From IMG/VR virus record IMGVR_UViG_2850808358_000005: 64,000 bases of DNA. The stretch is one strand, 5' to 3'. The DNA comes from a virus (lineage: Duplodnaviria > Heunggongvirae > Uroviricota > Caudoviricetes). The translations under genes were made by a program, and so were the position numbers. This document shows positions 10,176 to 20,850 of this stretch, piece by piece. Under the pieces are notes generated by a model. The model worked only from the letters and a program-made list of their open reading frames with translations. It ran no database searches and was not told the origin of the DNA. Numbering within the stretch: the stretch's first letter is position 1; each line of letters begins with the position of its first letter.

Positions 10176-11371
10176 GACTCCACCGTTATAACGATATTTT
10201 CCGGGGTACAGGACGCAGATTCGTTGTATCTGATATCAATGTTTGATGACGACAAAGCCCCCGGGGATTTCCCAATCGTCAGCTCCTGAATATCGTAATA
10301 GCGTGCATTCCCGCCACTCACCACGCCAAGATTCGCCGGTGAGTAAATGCGACTTAAAAGGACCGAATCACCAATCGTCAGACTATTGATATAGTCGGAA
10401 ATAACCTGCTGGATCTGCTGCCCTATCTGTGAGGTATAACCCGTAAAAACTTTTAATTTAATCCGGGCATAAACAGGCACATCACTGGAACGCGAGAATT
10501 TGATTACATGGGGATTGCCGTATTTATCCGGAACCGTAACGGATGTTGTACCGTGAGTGGCTGTCCCCTGGCCTTTATTCCCTCTGATAGCCTGAGCAAT
10601 ATCCGTCACATCACCGCCATCCACAATTACAGCAACAGAGTGTGGCGGTAACCCGTTACCGTCCTCCGAACCAGTATCGTTTTCATAGAGTTTGTGGCGG
10701 GTTACACCGGCAACATTAGAAACAGCACCATCCAGTGCTTCAAATGGGGTTATTGATGGCAACGCAACACTTTGCGACTGGCGGATACGTAACTCAGCAT
10801 CAGTTTCTGCCGGAGAGCCAACAGTAGCCGCAGCAGGATTAATTACCGAAACCCAGCCACGGGTTGGCGTATTAATTTCAGTGATAGTTCCAGCCAGCGC
10901 CGCCACTGCACCACTGACGGAACATCTTGCGGTCGCCATCACTGTACCATCCACACCGACCACCACTGACGCAGGCAAACGCCATATCACATTATTACCA
11001 TCTTTCACGCTGCCATTAATGATGGTTGTTCCGGCTGTTCCTGTAAGAAGCAAATCAACCGTAGAGTTCGTCGCGCCTTTACGTGAAATACCATTTATTT
11101 TCACGTTACTGGTCAGTGCAGCCCCATAGCCGGTTGCCGGTGAAAAACAGTTGTAGACAGTTATAGCCATATTATTGGCATCATGAATCGCCAGCGCCAT
11201 CAGAGCCACCATCTGACCGTCTTTACTGTCCGGTTCGAGGTAGGCATCACTACCATAAATCTGCTGAAAATAGCTAATCAGGGTGCTGAGTATCGTCTGA
11301 TAATCAGGCGCACTGATCCCCTCCGCGGTTACCTTTGCAGATAAACCGAGAGAATCAAGGTTCAGAGCCAT
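10172..11371 (-). CDS. Baseplate J-like protein (Mu gp47-like)
   Basis: 399 aa, position and size in baseplate operon. Confidence 0.6.
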   Translation of the reverse strand: MALNLDSLGLSAKVTAEGISAPDYQTILSTLISYFQQIYGSDAYLEPDSKDGQMVALMALAIHDANNMAITVYNCFSPATGYGAALTSNVKINGISRKGATNSTVDLLLTGTAGTTIINGSVKDGNNVIWRLPASVVVGVDGTVMATARCSVSGAVAALAGTITEINTPTRGWVSVINPAAATVGSPAETDAELRIRQSQSVALPSITPFEALDGAVSNVAGVTRHKLYENDTGSEDGNGLPPHSVAVIVDGGDVTDIAQAIRGNKGQGTATHGTTSVTVPDKYGNPHVIKFSRSSDVPVYARIKLKVFTGYTSQIGQQIQQVISDYINSLTIGDSVLLSRIYSPANLGVVSGGNARYYDIQELTIGKSPGALSSSNIDIRYNESASCTPENIVITVES

Positions 11372-11724
11372 TACGCCTCCGATGTAACAGTCGTTATTCC
11401 ATAGAGAGTGTCGATTTCAGTGGAAAACCTGACACGTCGGGTCGTGGTATCCACCGTAGTATTGAAAGAGAGGATTGATTTAACGCCCCGCGTTTCGAGG
11501 ATGCGCTTACGGATCGCCAGGTTGTAGGTTTCCGGCTTCTGCTTACCGAGTACGGACTGGATCCACGGAGTCCCCTCGGTGGTGTCGAGAAACCATTGCC
11601 CATACCACAATTCGAATCGCGTTTTTACCGCCTGCGCCACGGCCTCCGGTGAGTTAATCAGCCAGGTGTCATCACCGCTGCCAAAGGTGTAATCGCCATC
11701 GGCGTCTTCACGTCTGTATCGCAT
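11371..11724 (-). CDS. Baseplate wedge protein (gp25/W-like)
   Basis: 117 aa, follows the baseplate spike gene. Confidence 0.55.
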   Translation of the reverse strand: MRYRREDADGDYTFGSGDDTWLINSPEAVAQAVKTRFELWYGQWFLDTTEGTPWIQSVLGKQKPETYNLAIRKRILETRGVKSILSFNTTVDTTTRRVRFSTEIDTLYGITTVTSEA

Positions 11725-12476
11725 CAGTTTACTCCGTCGGTATTGCTTCCACCGCGCTGAACACCACCATGAGTGTGCGTATCATCGATTGGCTTGCCGT
11801 TAGCCTTCACGCTACCCAAAAACTCAACAGCACCAGTGATTTTTGAAGCCACACCAGAAACAACAGACCCCACCATGCCACCCATCCAGGTTAACAGGCC
11901 ATGAATGGTTACTTTCTCAGAAAAATCAGCCAGAGGGGCAACCACATCAAGACCACCCGGAGCGACAATTTTAATTTTCCTGGTATCAGGATTAAGCTCA
12001 AAATAGGTACTGCCGTCGTCACTACGCAACTGTGTGGCACTGGTATTAATACCGCTAATCTTCCTCGCCTGCGACTGGGGACCTACAATACAAAACGCAT
12101 CCGATAAATCATGCATTCTGTCATCAACCGGCTCCTGTATCCCGCCACTCTGCCACCAGAAATCAATACAACGATCGGCAAAAACGACAAGACACTCATC
12201 CCCGGCTTTTACCGGAAAAGTCAACGTACAGCCTCCGCCGCGCGGGAATACCACTGGCACATCCACCAGCAAGGGTAATGTCGTCGACTGGTTGATTCCA
12301 TTTGAGTCTGGCTCATAGCCTTTAATCGCTGGTTGAACAACTACCGTTACCGTGTCCGGATCAAATGACTGGACGATGCCGGGCATAGAAACACGCAGCG
12401 CCGACATGACAGAGCCAGCAAGTCTTACATCGGCCTGTTCTTTGCTACCAAGTTGAGCGCTTAAAGAAACTGGCAT
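11724..12476 (-). CDS. Baseplate assembly/spike protein (gpV / Mu gp45-like)
   Basis: 250 aa, Gly-rich C-terminus, gene order. Confidence 0.55.
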   Translation of the reverse strand: MPVSLSAQLGSKEQADVRLAGSVMSALRVSMPGIVQSFDPDTVTVVVQPAIKGYEPDSNGINQSTTLPLLVDVPVVFPRGGGCTLTFPVKAGDECLVVFADRCIDFWWQSGGIQEPVDDRMHDLSDAFCIVGPQSQARKISGINTSATQLRSDDGSTYFELNPDTRKIKIVAPGGLDVVAPLADFSEKVTIHGLLTWMGGMVGSVVSGVASKITGAVEFLGSVKANGKPIDDTHTHGGVQRGGSNTDGVN

Positions 12477-12493
12477 TCATATGCCTCCAGAAA

Positions 12494-12526
12494 GCAAAAA
12501 ACCCACTCGAAGGCGGGTTTTATGTA
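12494..12526 (-). terminator. Rho-independent terminator after the secreted-protein moron
   Basis: Hairpin aacccac-tcgaa-ggcgggtt flanked by an A-run and T-run, between the 113-aa gene and the baseplate spike gene. Confidence 0.5.
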
Positions 12527-12584
12527 GCTAGTTTTCTTTCCATGGTGATAGAAGCAATTACCGTGAAAAGTTAATTTAGCGAAC

Positions 12585-12926
12585 TCATTTCTTATTTTCA
12601 GATAGCACCAATCTACATTCTTCTTTTTTTAGAATCGTAAGAGATTGGCCACTATCGGAAAAAGAATAACCGCACTCGAAAGCGAGTTGACGCAGAGCTA
12701 TTTCACCATAACTATCACCATGTTCTTTCATTAACTCATCACCAAAATCCGCCTCACGACCATTAGATACAGCGTCCATAGCCGCATTAGAAACAGCCCT
12801 ATTTGTGATCTCTCTCTTGATGATGTAGTTATCAGCCAGTGAGGTGTGCAGTCCAAAAAAATCATTCAGCGTTCCACCTACACAAATTGTTGGAGTCAAC
12901 ACTGCGAGAAGGAATATTTTCTTCAT
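12585..12926 (-). CDS. Small secreted protein of unknown function (moron)
   Basis: 113 aa, N-terminal signal peptide MKKIFLLAVLTPTICVGG, AT-rich, own terminator. Confidence 0.5.
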   Translation of the reverse strand: MKKIFLLAVLTPTICVGGTLNDFFGLHTSLADNYIIKREITNRAVSNAAMDAVSNGREADFGDELMKEHGDSYGEIALRQLAFECGYSFSDSGQSLTILKKEECRLVLSENKK

Positions 12927-12961
12927 TACAAATGTCTCTTATAGCTGATTTCTTAAAAAAA

Positions 12962-13216
12962 TTAATTACAGTACGTTGTGCCAGTATTGGTCGCCTGGCA
13001 TTCACGATGTACTGCACTCCCATTAATCGTTCCTGTGGTATACGTAGTACCTGTATTGGTTGTATAAGATTCTGTTTTAACTGTAGAACCACTACTGTCT
13101 GTACCAGTACAGTAAGTTGTTCCTGTATTTGAAGTGGTGCATGTTACCGCAGCCACAGAAGACAAAGTCACAAAATATACCAGTAATAAGATCCATTTAA
13201 GCATTTGGTACCCCAC
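12962..13216 (-). CDS. Small secreted Thr/Gly-rich repeat protein of unknown function
   Basis: 84 aa; signal peptide MLKWILLLVYFVTLSSVAA then three NTGTTY(C/T) repeats with Cys residues; AT-rich. Confidence 0.45.
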   Translation of the reverse strand: MGYQMLKWILLLVYFVTLSSVAAVTCTTSNTGTTYCTGTDSSGSTVKTESYTTNTGTTYTTGTINGSAVHRECQATNTGTTYCN

Positions 13217-14237
13217 TTATTTTCGCTATCGTATCAGGAGTGAGTAAACTTTTACTCCCTTTAGCCAGGCAAAGCAGGTCCATATACCACGCCTGCCCTC
13301 GGGTGTCGCCAGTATAATCAATGCTGCCCACAATGTAATCACCGTCAGTATTAATGCTGGCAGGCTGTGACATGCCTGGCAGACCGTTAACGTAGAGATT
13401 ACCGTCGCTTTCAGACTCATCCAGTCGTGCTGGCGATTTCGCTACCTGGTCATTACTCAAAGAGGCACGGTATACAGATGCCTGATCCAGACGAATAAGC
13501 CCACCGAGCTTAATATTTGGATTAATCAGACATCTGACATTTACGCCAGCTCCCATCGTCTGCTGTGGCATACTGATAAGCCCGGTGTTAGCATTCAACA
13601 CCGTAGCAACACCAATATATTTATCTTCAGGAACAATATTTACCAGATTATTTTCATACCACCAGTTAGCTTTACACTGCCCTGCGATATGATTCATCAA
13701 CCTTGATGTGTTTTGATAAACAACGCGACCTCGGGGAAATACCGTTTCAGGCATGTCAGGAACTGCACCGGATTCGATGCCATATGGTTCGAATGATTTC
13801 ATACCCAGACTGAAAAGATCGCTGTACTTCCAGCCAGCAGCCACTGTGGTTTTCACACTTGCGTTCAGGTGGCCTTCCCAGCTGTCAATACACTGCAACA
13901 TGATCCAACTGTCTGTGGCATTATCTTTACCAGTGACAGTAAAACGGATATCTCCATTGAATATCATACCAACGTTTTCATCAGGATAATTACCTGCTGC
14001 ATCCGGTTGCCCCTTGTATCCGGCAATAACCTGTATACGCGAAAACTCCTTCTGCATAATCCGGTTCTGAGTGGTAGGAGACAGGTTATAAACCTTAAAA
14101 TTTCCAACAAATCCATTAAATATGGTCGCAGGCATTTTCTGAATATTGAAAGTGACTTTAAGCTCAGAAATTTTTATCCCGTCGCCCTTATCATCAACAA
14201 GCAATAATTCAAAGTGACGCATCCAGTTTTTCGACAT
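13197..14237 (-). CDS. Baseplate hub-like tail protein
   Basis: 346 aa, gene order between tape measure and baseplate genes. Confidence 0.45.
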   Translation of the reverse strand: MSKNWMRHFELLLVDDKGDGIKISELKVTFNIQKMPATIFNGFVGNFKVYNLSPTTQNRIMQKEFSRIQVIAGYKGQPDAAGNYPDENVGMIFNGDIRFTVTGKDNATDSWIMLQCIDSWEGHLNASVKTTVAAGWKYSDLFSLGMKSFEPYGIESGAVPDMPETVFPRGRVVYQNTSRLMNHIAGQCKANWWYENNLVNIVPEDKYIGVATVLNANTGLISMPQQTMGAGVNVRCLINPNIKLGGLIRLDQASVYRASLSNDQVAKSPARLDESESDGNLYVNGLPGMSQPASINTDGDYIVGSIDYTGDTRGQAWYMDLLCLAKGSKSLLTPDTIAKISGVPNA

Positions 14238-14239
14238 TG

Positions 14240-14542
14240 TTACTCCGTGAAAACATAGAGGTGTGAGAGCGTTCCAAGATCGAATTGCGTCGGATTCTCC
14301 TGCCCTGCCACGTCGCAGAGCACCACCAGAGAAAAACCCAGATCCATATATCGATACTGTGCCAGCAGGTCAGCCCCCGTAATCATCGGTATACCTGATA
14401 TAATGGCGGAGCCATTGCTGTCAGCAAGATCCAGAACCCAGCACTCGCCTCGCCAGATGACAGACAGGTGATAAACCGAACCGTTAATTGTGGTGGCAAA
14501 AGTCTGATTGTCAGCAACCAGTGGGATTTCTACGGCTTTCAT
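14240..14542 (-). CDS. Phage tail protein (hypothetical)
   Basis: 100-aa ORF in tail operon. Confidence 0.4.
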   Translation of the reverse strand: MKAVEIPLVADNQTFATTINGSVYHLSVIWRGECWVLDLADSNGSAIISGIPMITGADLLAQYRYMDLGFSLVVLCDVAGQENPTQFDLGTLSHLYVFTE

Positions 14543-14545
14543 GAA

Positions 14546-15196
14546 TCACCTTCCCAGAAATAAATTGCTCAAATACCCATCAACAGTGGAGATACCTTCT
14601 TGCGCCATCTGTGGCAGCGATTTCAGAATGGAATTATTCGGCGGCACCGTTGTTTTGGTGCCTGTATTCTGCACAGCAGACGTTCCGACTCCCTCGGTCA
14701 TATTGTTTTTCGGGGCAACCCTGACTGACTGCGTGGAGGTAATAATTACTTCCCTGAGGGTAAGTGTCGCCAGAAGCACATTTTCACTACTCTTATCGGT
14801 CGTGACCTCCAGCGTTTTTATCAACATATTGTTGTAAATACGCTTGCCGGTTGTCACATCGAAAGGAATACGATTCCGCTGCAGGTTAAGCAGTTCCTGA
14901 TACAGTTCTTTCGGGCTCAGCCCCAGTAAACTGGTAGCAGTCAGGTTACTGGCAAAATCAAGCAGCGATCCGCCTCCGGAAAAACCGGTTTCCATCACAA
15001 CCTCAGAAGGGCGCCTGAATGCGTGTTCTGATATGTAACCAGCGCCCTCACCACTGGCACCAGCATTCGTGGGCTGTTCAACCGGATGTTCCGTAATTTC
15101 CAAGGCGTCAGTGTGCTTTTCGGTAATAACCACATCAGGAATAATGATTCCTATTGAGCGGGTTCGCTGCTGCAGTAAAACAGATAAAAAGTCCAT
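14546..15196 (-). CDS. Phage tail protein (DNA-circulation-like position)
   Basis: 216-aa ORF immediately downstream of tape measure. Confidence 0.4.
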   Translation of the reverse strand: MDFLSVLLQQRTRSIGIIIPDVVITEKHTDALEITEHPVEQPTNAGASGEGAGYISEHAFRRPSEVVMETGFSGGGSLLDFASNLTATSLLGLSPKELYQELLNLQRNRIPFDVTTGKRIYNNMLIKTLEVTTDKSSENVLLATLTLREVIITSTQSVRVAPKNNMTEGVGTSAVQNTGTKTTVPPNNSILKSLPQMAQEGISTVDGYLSNLFLGR

Positions 15197-17148
15197 TACG
15201 CAGGTCCTTTCAATTGCTGTACCGCCCTGGCATTTACAGCCCCCTGCTTGTCAGCGATCAGATTAGCCGCCTCCTGAGGGTTGTTAACTCCATGAACATT
15301 TATAACAGTCTGCTGGTTAAGGTTGCCAGCGGCGGCCTGATACGCCAGCGGGCTGTTCCAGTTTGAATAACCTTCTTTGCGCGCCATCGACTGCATCAAT
15401 GCTCCCATAGTCCGGGGATCTGTAAGATTCAATATTGCATTCGGTGATACTCCCATCCATTTCGCAACATCCTGTGCATACTTTTTCGGATCGTTGTTAT
15501 CACCTGCCGGGGCCCAGGTACTGACAATATCCTGAATAGTCTGTAATGCCCGTCCGGTTGTTTTCCCGGTAAAGTAACGCATGAGCTGGTTTTTCATCGC
15601 CTCCCAGCCCTCAAGAGCTGATTCGAAAAACCGGAACCCTTTACCGCTCACCGGGCGAATATTCCCTGGATTGTTATTCCGATCGGCTAAAGTACGCTTC
15701 GTAGACTGCGCATGTTGTTCCGGCTCAGCACCTGGAATATCTGACTGAATATTTGCGCCTTTTACGGTATGAGGATTACGACCAAAATCGGTATCAATGC
15801 CAAGCCAGCGCAATGAATCTCCAATATTTTGTTTCGTGTAATCCCAGGATGACTTCGCACTGGCACCAATATTTTCGCGATCAGAGTACAAATACGCAGC
15901 ATAAGCCATCCAGCCTTTTAACCACGGCGGGACCAGCAAACCTGATATTTTCCCGAAAGCCCCCAGAACCTTGGATACCCAGACACCCGCGATGAATGTA
16001 CCGAGGATTTCCAGTGCATTTTGCCAGCCGCCAACACCATCTTTTAGTTCCAGAAGGTGATCACGAAGCCAGGTGATCGCATCCTTCGCTTTATCTATTG
16101 CTGGTTGCCATTTTTCCCAGTCGATAAGACTGTTACCGCCTTCTTTCCATGTTTTGTAGTCTTCCCACAAGAGACCGAGAGCCACGATCAGACCGGTAAT
16201 CAGCCCTATAGGTGACATCCAGAAAGTAGAGTTAAGTATCCGCATGGCGACAACCAGACCGCCGATAACCTCTATCAGGGTTTTCGTTTCGGCATCCAGT
16301 TTCCCCCACCACTCGATGATATCTCCGACACCATCGACTATCCGGAATGCACCCCGCCCGACTATCTCACCCAGCCAGAGGATCCCCTTTATGACCTTTG
16401 TGATGGTGACTTCAATTTTGGGAAAATTTTCAATTATCTTTTTGCGCAGGTTATCAATCTGCCCCGCCAGTCCGTCCGCAAGATTCGATCCGATTTTGTC
16501 CCGCGCCATCCCGGCCATTTCACCGAGCGATTTCAGCGAGGTCATAAACCGGTTTGACGATAAGGCAGCCTGATCGGCATTAAATCCGATCGCTTTCACC
16601 ATTTCTGAATACTGAGCGCTGAACTGCCCCACTCCGCGACGCATAGCCATAAGGGTATTTTCGTCAATGCCCAGCATCTGCGCATACTGGTTAGCCCGGT
16701 AATACGGCATACCGCTGAGCTTCTGGCCTACACCAGTAAAAATAGCGGCCATGTCACGCATGTTACCGCTGGCATCACGGGTCTGTACGCCCAGGCGATT
16801 CAGAAAGCCTTCTGCACCGGGATTGTTACGAATAAACCGGGAGAAGCTTTCCAGAGAAGATCGCGCAGCGTCCACGCTGCCGCCAACCTGCGAAACCGCA
16901 TAGCCAATAGACTGAATTCCCTGGACTGTCGCGCCGGTGCGCTGTGACGCCCAGTAAAGATTATCCAGACCGGAGGCGATCTTAGCCGTGAAGGCCACCA
17001 CGGACAGCGCAGCTCCTTCAACAGCCAGCCCCATTTTGATGACATTTGCAGTTGTACCGGCGAGGACAGAACCGAACTTTTTCGCTCCTGCATCATCCAC
17101 ACTGAAGCCAAGCGAGACGAGGAAATCTTTAATAGTCTCGGCGTTCAT
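15196..17148 (-). CDS. Tail tape measure protein
   Basis: 650 aa, internal hydrophobic segment (LIEVIGGLVVAMRIL...IGLITGLIVALGLLW), C-terminal NNPGNIRP motif. Confidence 0.8.
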   Translation of the reverse strand: MNAETIKDFLVSLGFSVDDAGAKKFGSVLAGTTANVIKMGLAVEGAALSVVAFTAKIASGLDNLYWASQRTGATVQGIQSIGYAVSQVGGSVDAARSSLESFSRFIRNNPGAEGFLNRLGVQTRDASGNMRDMAAIFTGVGQKLSGMPYYRANQYAQMLGIDENTLMAMRRGVGQFSAQYSEMVKAIGFNADQAALSSNRFMTSLKSLGEMAGMARDKIGSNLADGLAGQIDNLRKKIIENFPKIEVTITKVIKGILWLGEIVGRGAFRIVDGVGDIIEWWGKLDAETKTLIEVIGGLVVAMRILNSTFWMSPIGLITGLIVALGLLWEDYKTWKEGGNSLIDWEKWQPAIDKAKDAITWLRDHLLELKDGVGGWQNALEILGTFIAGVWVSKVLGAFGKISGLLVPPWLKGWMAYAAYLYSDRENIGASAKSSWDYTKQNIGDSLRWLGIDTDFGRNPHTVKGANIQSDIPGAEPEQHAQSTKRTLADRNNNPGNIRPVSGKGFRFFESALEGWEAMKNQLMRYFTGKTTGRALQTIQDIVSTWAPAGDNNDPKKYAQDVAKWMGVSPNAILNLTDPRTMGALMQSMARKEGYSNWNSPLAYQAAAGNLNQQTVINVHGVNNPQEAANLIADKQGAVNARAVQQLKGPA

Positions 17149-17325
17149 TATCCTCTCTCCATTTTTCTACCCGGACATCGTTGTCCTCGCACATATCAAG
17201 GTAGTCATTAAGAAGCGCGATGCGACAGAGATCTACCGCACCACTGTTAAGATCTTTCTGGTCAATATGGAAGGCAAGCGCCGGACGAAGAATAAAATCT
17301 TCACCACCCGGCAGGCTATTGAAGG

Positions 17326-17778
17326 TTATTCCGCTGGCGGGATGGGCGTCTCTTTGGTAGGGTGTCCTTGCAAAAAATTTCCTAGCGAATCGGCGACCAC
17401 CCGCGCCACCAGCTGCAGCATGACCAGCAGGTCAATATCATCAAACATCAGTTCGCCCTGGGTAAATACCGGCACCCATCCGTCCATATGACGCCGCGAC
17501 ACCACCGCAAGACAGGGATGAATAATTGCACTGGTGTCATCTTCGGTCAGGGAAGACAGTTCCTCAGCGATACGCGGGAGCATGGTTTCAAACACCGGTT
17601 TTAACTGCTCGAATTTCACGGTGTCTATTTTGCCGTCAGCAGGCAAACGGGAGCGAATGCTCCCGAAATCTGACATCATTCCTGCCAGCACCGGCAGAAG
17701 TTTGCGGGTCACTTTCAGCTGGTCAAAAACGCTGAGTTTTGCCGCGCGATATTTCACGCCTTTGATTTCGAATTCCAT
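17326..17778 (-). CDS. Tail assembly chaperone (G-like); -1 frameshift extension continues to ~17149
   Basis: 150-aa ORF between tube and tape measure genes; the -1 frame stays open to the tape-measure start. Confidence 0.6.
   Translation of the reverse strand: MEFEIKGVKYRAAKLSVFDQLKVTRKLLPVLAGMMSDFGSIRSRLPADGKIDTVKFEQLKPVFETMLPRIAEELSSLTEDDTSAIIHPCLAVVSRRHMDGWVPVFTQGELMFDDIDLLVMLQLVARVVADSLGNFLQGHPTKETPIPPAE
17371..17377 (-). other. Candidate programmed -1 frameshift slippery heptamer T TTT TTG
   Basis: Heptamer lies near the 3' end of the chaperone ORF, in the zero frame AAT TTT TTG. Confidence 0.45.
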
Positions 17779-17781
17779 GTA

Positions 17782-18222
17782 TTAAAACTCCCCGAGAACC
17801 TGGTCAATCTTGCCGCAGTCAAGCACCCACGGCATCGTATTACCGGTTTTAGCGTTGGCGTTATCCGGTTGTTTCTGGAACGCAACACTGCGTGCCGTGA
17901 TGATGTCGCCGCTGACCTTGTTTCGGATCACAATAACGTTATTCCCCCATGTGGCAGAAGACTGGCTCTGTGCGTTATACGCCAGCGACAATTTTTTATT
18001 TGTCGGTGATGTCTTCAGAAGGTTAACGGTAATCGTCCCGCTTTTATCTGCATGGAGACTGTGCATCACTTCGCCATCAGCACCGATGGTCATGGTGTTT
18101 TTAGGACCGCCCATCGCAACCACAATCCCCTCTTCAGAACTTGCCGAACCGTACCCGAGGTCAATCGAACCGGTCGGCCCGGTCAGCGTCGCAGTGACAT
18201 CCATAAAAGAATAGGTAGACAT
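17782..18222 (-). CDS. Tail tube protein
   Basis: 146 aa, between sheath and chaperone. Confidence 0.6.
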   Translation of the reverse strand: MSTYSFMDVTATLTGPTGSIDLGYGSASSEEGIVVAMGGPKNTMTIGADGEVMHSLHADKSGTITVNLLKTSPTNKKLSLAYNAQSQSSATWGNNVIVIRNKVSGDIITARSVAFQKQPDNANAKTGNTMPWVLDCGKIDQVLGEF

Positions 18223-18232
18223 TCACTTCCCC

Positions 18233-19378
18233 TTAGCGAACAACGTTAATCTGTACGTCAGCGTAATGAACCGCGCCTGCAAGTTTTATTGCAGCCTGAA
18301 TCACCGGAGCCTTACGGGCTTCACGTTCTGATTGTGCCTGTTCATCCAGCGGCTGGGCGTATACGTAATAACCTTTGGGCAGCGTGTCACCTGATGACAA
18401 CTGACCAAGGTCGCCACCGTTCCATACGCCCGGAGCAATCAGTCCATTCTGAACGGCCTGATCCAGTGATTTTTCAACACTTGATAACAGTCGGGTAATA
18501 CCGGCTTCACTCTGGGGTACTTTCGTGGTGCTGGTATAAAGCAGGTTATAGAGGTTGGTCTGCACATAATTCTGTAACCAGTCCAGGCCGTGGCGTTCAT
18601 CAAAGAAATCGCCGTTAGCCATCACTCCCTGCTGGAGGATAGCCGTATCATTCTGGTAGTACACGAATACATTGCAGTTTTTTGCATCAAGTGCCGATGC
18701 CTGGCTGACTGTCAGTGTTTCATACCCGACACCCGGCTCCTGCTTAAACTTGAGCGTAATCGCGGTATTACTGCCATTGAAATTAACCGTGAATGCCCGG
18801 CCAAATGCAGATAACGCAGCGTATTTATTACCCGATGAATACTGAATAAAACTGCGTGAATATCCGGCGGTTTTCAGTTTTGATGCCAAATCATCGCTGG
18901 ATGCAGTCTGCAGGCATTTCTCATCGCTTGTCGTAATCGCCAGAATACGGCTTACAGAAGAGGATTCGATCGCCGCAGCCACTTTCAGCCAGTCTGCATC
19001 CGGAATATCTGCATCGTCTGCAATCCCCAGCCCATACCATGAAGTATAATCAAGCATGGCATTCACAGCCTGCTCCAGCGTCTCAGGCGTGGCCTGTTCG
19101 CTGTCTCCCTTCGTTTTCACCCAACGACCAACAAAAACCTCCTGAGGTTTCGGTGATTGTGAGAAAAACACCTGCGCAGCCTTATATTCTGGTGATTCCA
19201 CGCCAAAATCTTTTCCAATATCTTCCGCAGCAGAATAACGGCGAATGCGCTCACTTACCGGAATGATTGTGGACGGGCCGAGAATGAGTAATGCACCAAA
19301 ATTTCGCCCTGATGCTGCACGCGGCGACATGATCACATCAACATTAACAACGTTTGATACAGGCAAGCCCTGTGCCAT
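18233..19378 (-). CDS. Tail sheath protein
   Basis: 381 aa, upstream of the tube gene. Confidence 0.65.
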   Translation of the reverse strand: MAQGLPVSNVVNVDVIMSPRAASGRNFGALLILGPSTIIPVSERIRRYSAAEDIGKDFGVESPEYKAAQVFFSQSPKPQEVFVGRWVKTKGDSEQATPETLEQAVNAMLDYTSWYGLGIADDADIPDADWLKVAAAIESSSVSRILAITTSDEKCLQTASSDDLASKLKTAGYSRSFIQYSSGNKYAALSAFGRAFTVNFNGSNTAITLKFKQEPGVGYETLTVSQASALDAKNCNVFVYYQNDTAILQQGVMANGDFFDERHGLDWLQNYVQTNLYNLLYTSTTKVPQSEAGITRLLSSVEKSLDQAVQNGLIAPGVWNGGDLGQLSSGDTLPKGYYVYAQPLDEQAQSEREARKAPVIQAAIKLAGAVHYADVQINVVR

Positions 19379-19381
19379 AGC

Positions 19382-19990
19382 TTAATCTCCGAAAAAGATG
19401 ACTGGTGCTTCCACCAGCGATTTAATACCGTACTCGCGCACAACCTTCCGGCGCAGACGCACCGTCATATCGTAGCGGCGGACCCATTGCTGATTAATAA
19501 GTTCAGGGAAGGGAGTCAGACCTGTGTAATCGCCAAGAGACAGCCCCAGCGCATTCAGTGCTGCATTGTTCTGCGGCACAGATATACCGTCACGAAACCG
19601 GGACGCATACACCATCCCCGCCGGACCATAAAACGAAGCCATACACTCAATCGTTTCATGCCGCCAGAGCTGAGAGCCATCATCGGTCTGTCTGGTGAAT
19701 GCCGGACTGTCATCACCTGACCATCCGATAACCCCAAACGCACACCAGCTCGTTTCAGCCGGTAGCAGTGGCGGCTGCTCTTTCTGCCAGCGCGGACGAA
19801 CCATCCCGGCAGACAGACCGGAAACGTTACGCATCCACTGGCTTAACAGCCTGTCGAGCGCTTCGTCATAATCCGGATCGCCACTGGTTGGTATCAGCCA
19901 TCCGCGCTCTGTGCTGGTGTTATTGCTCAACCGGAATTCCCCCATCAAACGGCAGCAACTCACAATGCGCCTGAACGAATCCGGCACCAT
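19382..19990 (-). CDS. Phage structural protein (head-tail region), hypothetical
   Basis: 202-aa ORF. Confidence 0.35.
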   Translation of the reverse strand: MVPDSFRRIVSCCRLMGEFRLSNNTSTERGWLIPTSGDPDYDEALDRLLSQWMRNVSGLSAGMVRPRWQKEQPPLLPAETSWCAFGVIGWSGDDSPAFTRQTDDGSQLWRHETIECMASFYGPAGMVYASRFRDGISVPQNNAALNALGLSLGDYTGLTPFPELINQQWVRRYDMTVRLRRKVVREYGIKSLVEAPVIFFGD

Positions 19991-20309
19991 ACGCTGTATA
20001 CGGGTCGACGAAAGTCACACGATAATCACGGCCCTGATACGTCACGATATCGGCATCACGGCCAGTCTGTCCCTGCGTCAGTCGCTCAGTCGTCACAATC
20101 AGAATTGCACCACTGATTACCTGCCCGGCCTGCATACGACGGTTTTCCAGAGAGCGATCAACAGTAACGACTCCGGCAAACTGCTTTTTAACTTCGCTGT
20201 CGCTGCCGATCCCATCCTCATCCACCGTTTGCACACGGCGTGTTACCCACAAATTGAAGTCGCAAAAATCGGGGTCAAAAAGCACATCTGTTACATCAAG
20301 AGTCGGCAT
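19920..20309 (-). CDS. Phage structural protein, hypothetical
   Basis: 129-aa ORF. Confidence 0.35.
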   Translation of the reverse strand: MPTLDVTDVLFDPDFCDFNLWVTRRVQTVDEDGIGSDSEVKKQFAGVVTVDRSLENRRMQAGQVISGAILIVTTERLTQGQTGRDADIVTYQGRDYRVTFVDPYTAYGAGFVQAHCELLPFDGGIPVEQ

Positions 20310-20850
20310 CTTTATCCCTCACAACATGGGTAATAGCTCTGCGATATTGCCCGGTGTCAATTAATGGTTTCGCCAGATCGGTTCCGGGAGATTCGCCAGC
20401 AGCGCGCCGGGCAAGTTCCAGTGTTGCCCCCTTGCGCCCCCGACGAGCCCGGGCTTCAACAGTGCTGTCAGCAAGCGGCGTAAAGCCGGTAATGGTCATG
20501 TAACGCCTGACGCCATTAGCGGCCAGCGTTCCGGCACGGTTGAGTGCGCGTTCTGCTCCCGCAGCATTACCATCAAGTGCAGCCTGCGCCGCGGCTTTGA
20601 GCTGCGGCACCGTCTGCTCTTCTGCCGATTTAACGCCGGGGACCAGGTGAGGTCGTGGCGGGATGTTCTGCTCTGGTGAGCCGTATTCGTTGAGGTAACC
20701 GATGCCCGCATTACCAAACGGAACATCATCCCGCCCGCTGTCTTCCGAAGGGATGCCGACCAGCACATCTTTTTTGGTTAACGACCTGAGCGCATCCAGA
20801 ATGGCCTTAGCGTTATCCACCCTCGTTGTTACACCGCTTTTGAAACTCAT
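20296..20850 (-). CDS. Phage structural protein, hypothetical
   Basis: 184-aa ORF. Confidence 0.35.
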   Translation of the reverse strand: MSFKSGVTTRVDNAKAILDALRSLTKKDVLVGIPSEDSGRDDVPFGNAGIGYLNEYGSPEQNIPPRPHLVPGVKSAEEQTVPQLKAAAQAALDGNAAGAERALNRAGTLAANGVRRYMTITGFTPLADSTVEARARRGRKGATLELARRAAGESPGTDLAKPLIDTGQYRRAITHVVRDKDADS

